64,000 bases of DNA from Trichoplax adhaerens. Lineage: Eukaryota; Animalia; Placozoa. Below the pieces are notes generated by a model. That model did no database searches, was not told the origin of the DNA, and saw only the letters and a list, made by a program, of their open reading frames with translations. The stretch is from assembly GCF_000150275.1 (NCBI RefSeq), contig NW_002060946.1:4669454-4733453 (forward strand), written 5' to 3'. Made by a program: the position numbers and the translations under genes. Shown piece by piece: positions 58,215 through 64,000 of this stretch; positions within the stretch are counted from its first letter, which is position 1; the number at the start of each line of letters is the position of its first letter.

Positions 58215-58899
58215 GTGCTCTACTATCATTTATTAACATCGTCAATTACCTGAGATAATAAATCGATTCGTTGGTATTTTATGATTTTAAAAACTAAAAG
58301 TGAATTTGTCCTGTGATTTAGATATTTCTCTTACGTAACGACAATTCTTTAATATGTTATATTATCGTAAATTAAAAAAACGAATAGAATAGTATTTTAC
58401 GGTAATTAATCTTACACCACTAAACTATATTTACAAAATGATATTCTTTCCGTAATGGATTATAAGTTAGAAATTAGAATCTGGCTATGTACAAGAATAG
58501 CGACATGTATCATATTCATATTTTGCGTAGTTTAATTGTGTTATCCATTAGATTATGCAGGGTTATCGTAAATCCTATACTCAAATACTGGAATGTTTGT
58601 AGCTTATCCTAGCTATATCATCAAGTAATCCTTCTATGACATACGTGCATTATATATATTAAGTCAGTAACGGTCTACATAACATAATATCGGAATAGAT
58701 CTGAAAGTAGCAAGTAAAACAAATTAGAATAAATTATAATCTTATTACGAATTGAGTAATTGCTGTTGATAAAATCTATTATCTGTTCTCATTCAGGTTA
58801 TATCATTTCTTTTGGACTCATGTAAAATTTAATGTATTACATTTGATTCTTGAACATTTCAATTTGACATGTTAATGTTTTGTGAATGTAATCTATTTG

Positions 58900-60520
58900 G
58901 ATTAAAATTTTACTTCTCTACAATATATGATACTCGTAAACTTGAAAGTTCATAAATAATTTGTATATTTAGTAAAACTTATAGCCATAGAATATTTTAC
59001 TCTTTACAACGAATAAGTGTTGATGTCAGCGTGCTCATGGAATATTTTCTCCAATCAGTGGCATACATCTGACACGTTCAATGATGTATATCTCACAAAT
59101 ATACATTTTTCCTAGTTTGAAGACTTTATAATCATAATAAGGCAATGAATCTTTAATGAAACCAAATTATCCTCCACGTAATTGTAACTGATACTCATGA
59201 AGGAAACTTGTGGATGGTAGTATTTGCAGTTACAATTACATCTATATACAATCTCTAACGCGTAAAAAAAGTATTAAGGTTACTATTATCGAAACTACCG
59301 TAGTCTTTTAATGATAAAAGAAGTTGAAAATCATAATTTTTAATTTAACTACATACATTACCAGATATAGAGTATCAATCATTAAAAATTCAATAGATAT
59401 TAAAACTTACCTTTATCTAATAAAATCAAACTAGTTACTAATCCGATTTAAATATAATCAGATACGGAGCAGTTATTATATTTACAAATGCATGTTCTAA
59501 TCTTTCTTGTGCTTGATTGATTCCGTGGCATACGTATATCAATTTAATATTATTGCATTCTTACTTTTAATTTTGAAAGAAATTCTACTAAAGTAATACG
59601 TACTTATTTCAATATAATTTAACGCTAATTAGCATCTTAGTACGAGATATCTTTTTAATATGTACCATAAATCACAGAAAGAATATACATTCCAGAGATC
59701 TTTCAATTATATTTATTTACACCATCTCATGACGATAAAGTTATATATACGCGTACATTCGTATTATTTAATTCATAGTACAAGATTCCTATGGTGGTGT
59801 AATATCTGCATTGCTGCTAGTAAATTAGAATCGGTAGAAATGATGGACTTCATCTTGGTGCGATGAATACTGTGTAGTGTGAAATCATTTTCTAAATATG
59901 TATGTATTAGTTTGTAATGCTGAATGTGCTACATGACATAAAATAAATACAGTAGATTGAATATTATTTCAACGAGACTATGTTGCAACGACAAATATTC
60001 AAATACATTGCCATGATATAAACATCAGTATATGCTATTAAAGCTAGAATATTGTTTTATCACTTATTATCTCAATTATATAATGAATGTATCACCCTAC
60101 CATTTATGAGGCAACAATCAAACTATTTGAAATTTCTGGATTCTATAATATACTCGTACTTATATTCGATGGTATACTTGATTAAGTAAACAAAGGCAAG
60201 AGTATCGGCATTGCTTTTTGATGACTTTTCATCAAGGTCGATAAGTGCTACCAGTACCAACAGGCTTCCAGCATAATACGGTATCGCATACGAGTATTTA
60301 GGACAAATGATCACAATGATAGATGCCTATCAACTAGTGCTTAGATATGGCATCACATTTCCATAAGAGAATAACTATTTTGTTTTCTGTTTGCTATTGT
60401 AATTCGAAATTGATTGATTGCAAGACAAGCACAGTATCGTAATCTCTTTTTCATACAATAATAATTTTATTTTGGAAAGAGCAGAGTTGTATAGCTATTG
60501 TAATCTATCAACTATTTCAT
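58900..60520 (-). pseudogene. Possible decayed class C GPCR (mGluR/CaSR-like Venus-flytrap) fragment
   Basis: Frame-shifted, stop-ridden peptides in the expected order: NSALSKIKLLLYE../DYDT..LQSINF, IIVIICPKYSYAIP, AFVYLIKY, NNTNVRVYI, CDLW, CNC..YNYVEDNLV. Resemblance judged by eye only; boundaries approximate. Confidence 0.35.
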
Positions 60521-63500
60521 CTGAGACGGTATTGAAATTTTACAATTAATTGATTTTAATTAAGGTAAAGATATTAGTCAGATGCAATCTACATATGTTG
60601 CTAACTTAGCCCTCTCAATAGGATTAAGCTTAGAGTTACTGCTGACGATTAATGTGACAACTGAGCTTCCTACAGCTCAAAAGGTACTCCGATTATAATT
60701 ATTGTACTGTATCTTGCATTTAACCCTATACTGGTTAACTACCCTTACCCCAATGCAAAGCCCGTGATAGTTTTGCTTACGTGTAGTTTTTAATGTGGCC
60801 CTTCAATATATAAATATTGTCTTACTGTAAGTAGTAAAATATCGATTGCAATATGTATTACTGTAAATGTCTATCATTACATAATTTAAGAATCCTCAAT
60901 GGATCTCACAAATACCAGTGGACTCTTCCTTGGAGAACTCGGTTGTGAATCTATATAGTAGTCTTGAAATATTAGCACAATGTTAGCACATTATTTGTCC
61001 TACTTGATAAATTTTGAATTGTGACATTACATAATGTGTATACGCAATAACGAGGTTCAGTCACAGAATTAAAGTAAACATTACTTAATGATTACGTAGA
61101 TTAAAAGAACCGTTCCGTGTTTGTAGTTACGGTTCCCTACCAGTCATACTTTAATTACACTCAATCTAAATTAAACTAAATTAAGAATGCAACGATTGAA
61201 TTTGCATAAAGTCTATAATTGATTGATTATCATGAATCGGTAACGAATTGCGTGCTTCGTGTAATACTATGGGCATGACGATCAATAAACTCTTATGAAT
61301 AGTAAAGTTCCGAATAGCTTTAGCGATCATACAATATTATTTGAACTTACGGAATAAATTTGAACTATTAATTTCTTGATTACTCTTCATTACAAATTAT
61401 AGAATTAATAGAACTATTTTATGCCATATAACTTAAGTTTTACGGGACTGTTAGACTGTTATAGGAAAACAGTCTGATAAACTGACGATTTTAAGAAAAT
61501 TTAGCGAGATTAATGATCATAAAAATGTTCAAAGCGATACTTTAACTTTACTTATTTTTCTTTTATATCCAAACAATAGATAAGAGTTAAACTAAGTGAC
61601 CTCTTTCCAGTCCAGATCTTAATGAATAATATATGTAACGGTGCTCGATGATATTTTTTCAATTATTTTATCTACCCAGCTACAGTATTAATTAAAGTTT
61701 AACGACTACATTCAAATAGCGATATTGAATTACTTTTATTGTGGTTCTCGATTAATATCTTATTTATTCATAATACACGCATATTCCTGGTCCTTGTCTA
61801 AATTAACATACGAGTATCCTTGTGACTCGTAATGTGCCATGACATCTAAAGGATTAATTATTTCCCTACTTCACTAGTGATGATGCTACATTAATAAGGA
61901 ACTTTTTATCAAGATGCATTTTAGTATGGCAGTAGACAAATTTTTATCAATTTCCCTTAGTTTCTGTTTCCAATCTTGCGCTAGCCTGAAGTGGTTATTG
62001 TAACCTCATCAAATTACCCGAATAGTTGTCTACTGATGCTATTTTCTGGTTGCTATGCTACTTGGAATATTGAACACTATTTTACTACAGTATTCAATTG
62101 CGGTAATTATTTGTTTACTCGGTCTAATTTTCTGATTACTGTATTACGTTAACAGAAAGATACAGAGTGATTGTATTCTGATTTTAGCGCAGCGTTAATG
62201 CGGAGATAGTAGAGGATTACTTCTTACTATGTTGCTGCATTTAAGTGTTTGTCTACTGGGCTTATTTCCTGGTTTGGGATAATATTAGCTAGTTGATATT
62301 AGCCGACTATCTTACCTTAGGTTAGTTATTTGCTCACGCATCTGGTGCTATTTTTCAATTGTTTTACGATATCAATCATGGACTACTAAAAATTTTTTTG
62401 GCAGTCTTTGTATAAGTATAATATTTTCTAAATTGTATTTTGTTGCGTTGATTGACTAATTTGTCTACCATCCTATTTTTTGAATGCTATTGTGAAAGGT
62501 CATCCATACGAATATGTTATTCCTATGTATTTTCGTAATCTAGTCGCTTAATTAATTATATATTCGTACTTTTTTGCTTTATTAGAACGTTTGCTTTACG
62601 TGAAAATATCAATTGAATACTATTTCAAATAAAGTTACGATAACAGACTAGCAATATGATAAAGGAATGACAGCAAGGGTAAGATATGCTATGTTAATAG
62701 AATACAAGGCAAATAGTCGCAAGTTTAAAATTCCATATACAGTTTCCTCTTTCACTAGAATCAAAATGAGGAAACACCCAACGTAGAACCATTCTTCCTG
62801 CTTTCAACCGGTAATATCTTTGAGATTACAGTATATCGACGTAGATGATTATGAAGAGATCCGTTACTTAATTATTGATGCACGTGATTTAGGGTGTAAG
62901 ATTGTTCATGACTAATTGTCTTCGCTAATTTTTATTGACATAACAGGAATAGTTTACCTTATTGTAATTTAATAGGCAACTGAGACAATTTAGACAATAA
63001 GAGGTTTGTTATTTCTAGCAACATTTAGTTATTTATCTTCAAATTACAATAGATTTAACGACCTAATTAACTAAATTAGGCTTGCCTCCTTATTTAATGA
63101 ATAATAAACTAGCAGCAAATTGTTAACTTTAGCATCTCATTTGACGACGATATAAAGATCAATAATCGTCTAATGATGTATCATTTAGAAAAATACCAAT
63201 TAACCGAAAAAGAAATTATAATTTTCGCTAATAAGCAAGGGCAGATCACAATATGAATGCTAAAAAGTGTCGTAACTCGTGACGGATTACATAATGATCT
63301 ATTAATTAGCCATAATGAGATAAATTAGATTATTATTATTATCTGCAGGGTTAGAAACGATAGCAAATTCCTTATAATATAATCCACTAGCCATTTATGA
63401 TAAAGAATATTGGAACATTAATTTCAACATGATCATTATACTTTTAATCTACTGTATTTATTCGTATATATGCAACAAAATCGTCATATCGTTATTAATT

Positions 63501-63709
63501 TATGTACTATTATTATTCAAAATCAAATAGTTTTAATGACGCATGTTTTGGCTTGCAATGAAGGTTCAAATCCTATCGTTACTAATGCAAATACTAATTA
63601 AATCATTACTAACCAGACCAAAGTCAACATTCGTCAACACCCAACTGTTTATTTATTGACATTTGATGATTCACAAATAGAAAATCTCCTTCGCATTCAA
63701 TGGGTAAGC

Positions 63710-63916
63710 TATAAAAGTAGGTTACAAGGCGGAAGTTTTACATTTTCTGTCTTGCCTGCTGTGCGAAACAAGGTATTATAAATCGTTTGTTTCATTTTAA
63801 CTTTAAAGTATGCAGAGTATAAAAAATCGACTAACTTGAAAGCGTACATTATAGATGGCATCATGTAATCACTAAATTTAATATTTTAATATATTGATTT
63901 ACTTAGGATAGTCAAA
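63710..63916 (+). promoter_or_regulatory. TATA box and 5'UTR exon/intron of the second secreted precursor gene
   Basis: TATAAAA at 63710; donor AAG|GTATTA at 63773; acceptor AG at 63910-63911, 5 nt before the ATG, the same layout as 49240-49572. Confidence 0.6.
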
Positions 63917-64000
63917 ATGAACATGAAATTGGCTTTGATTGCCTCCTTACTTTTGTTGGCTGTTATTGTCAACGCTGAGGAAGAGAAAACTCCAGTCCGT
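63917..64000 (+). CDS. 5' end of a second secreted precursor, probable paralog of the gene at 49573 (truncated by the window end)
   Basis: MNMKLALIASLLLLAVIVNA-EEEKTPVR; DNA gatagtcaaaatgaacatgaaattggct vs gatagacaaaatgaatatgaaattggct at 49563. Confidence 0.8.
   Translation, partial: MNMKLALIASLLLLAVIVNAEEEKTPVR

Noticed and set aside
63545-63580. tRNA B-box-like GGTTCAAATCC
   Set aside because: No acceptor stem, D-arm or A-box can be built.

Overview
AT-rich, intron-dense animal genomic DNA. Short introns, compact spacing and metazoan-type genes point to a placozoan such as Trichoplax; this is an inference, not a database result. In order, the window holds: the 3' part of a coiled-coil gene; a head-to-head TIMM21(-)/HAUS4(+) pair; a head-to-head UBA2(-)/RPP40(+) pair; a single-exon orphan ORF; an assembly gap; and an 8-exon Gi/o-class G-alpha gene with an 8.9-kb first intron and two unusual nucleotide-pocket substitutions. 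These are followed by a secreted precursor gene, CPOX, decayed GPCR-like remnants, and at the window edge the start of a paralog of the precursor. The precursor is the most notable feature. It consists of a signal peptide, an acidic region, 51 in-register hexapeptide units (mostly GNYQTK/ADQETK), a second acidic region, an RK site and poly-Asn. A separately encoded final exon, absent from the ORF track, adds an Arg/Trp/Cys-rich 33-aa peptide (WYRRRRRLARRRRWGSRRRHASYFNNCRCYCSS). One in-frame TAA inside the repeats interrupts it. All exon models were read by eye.
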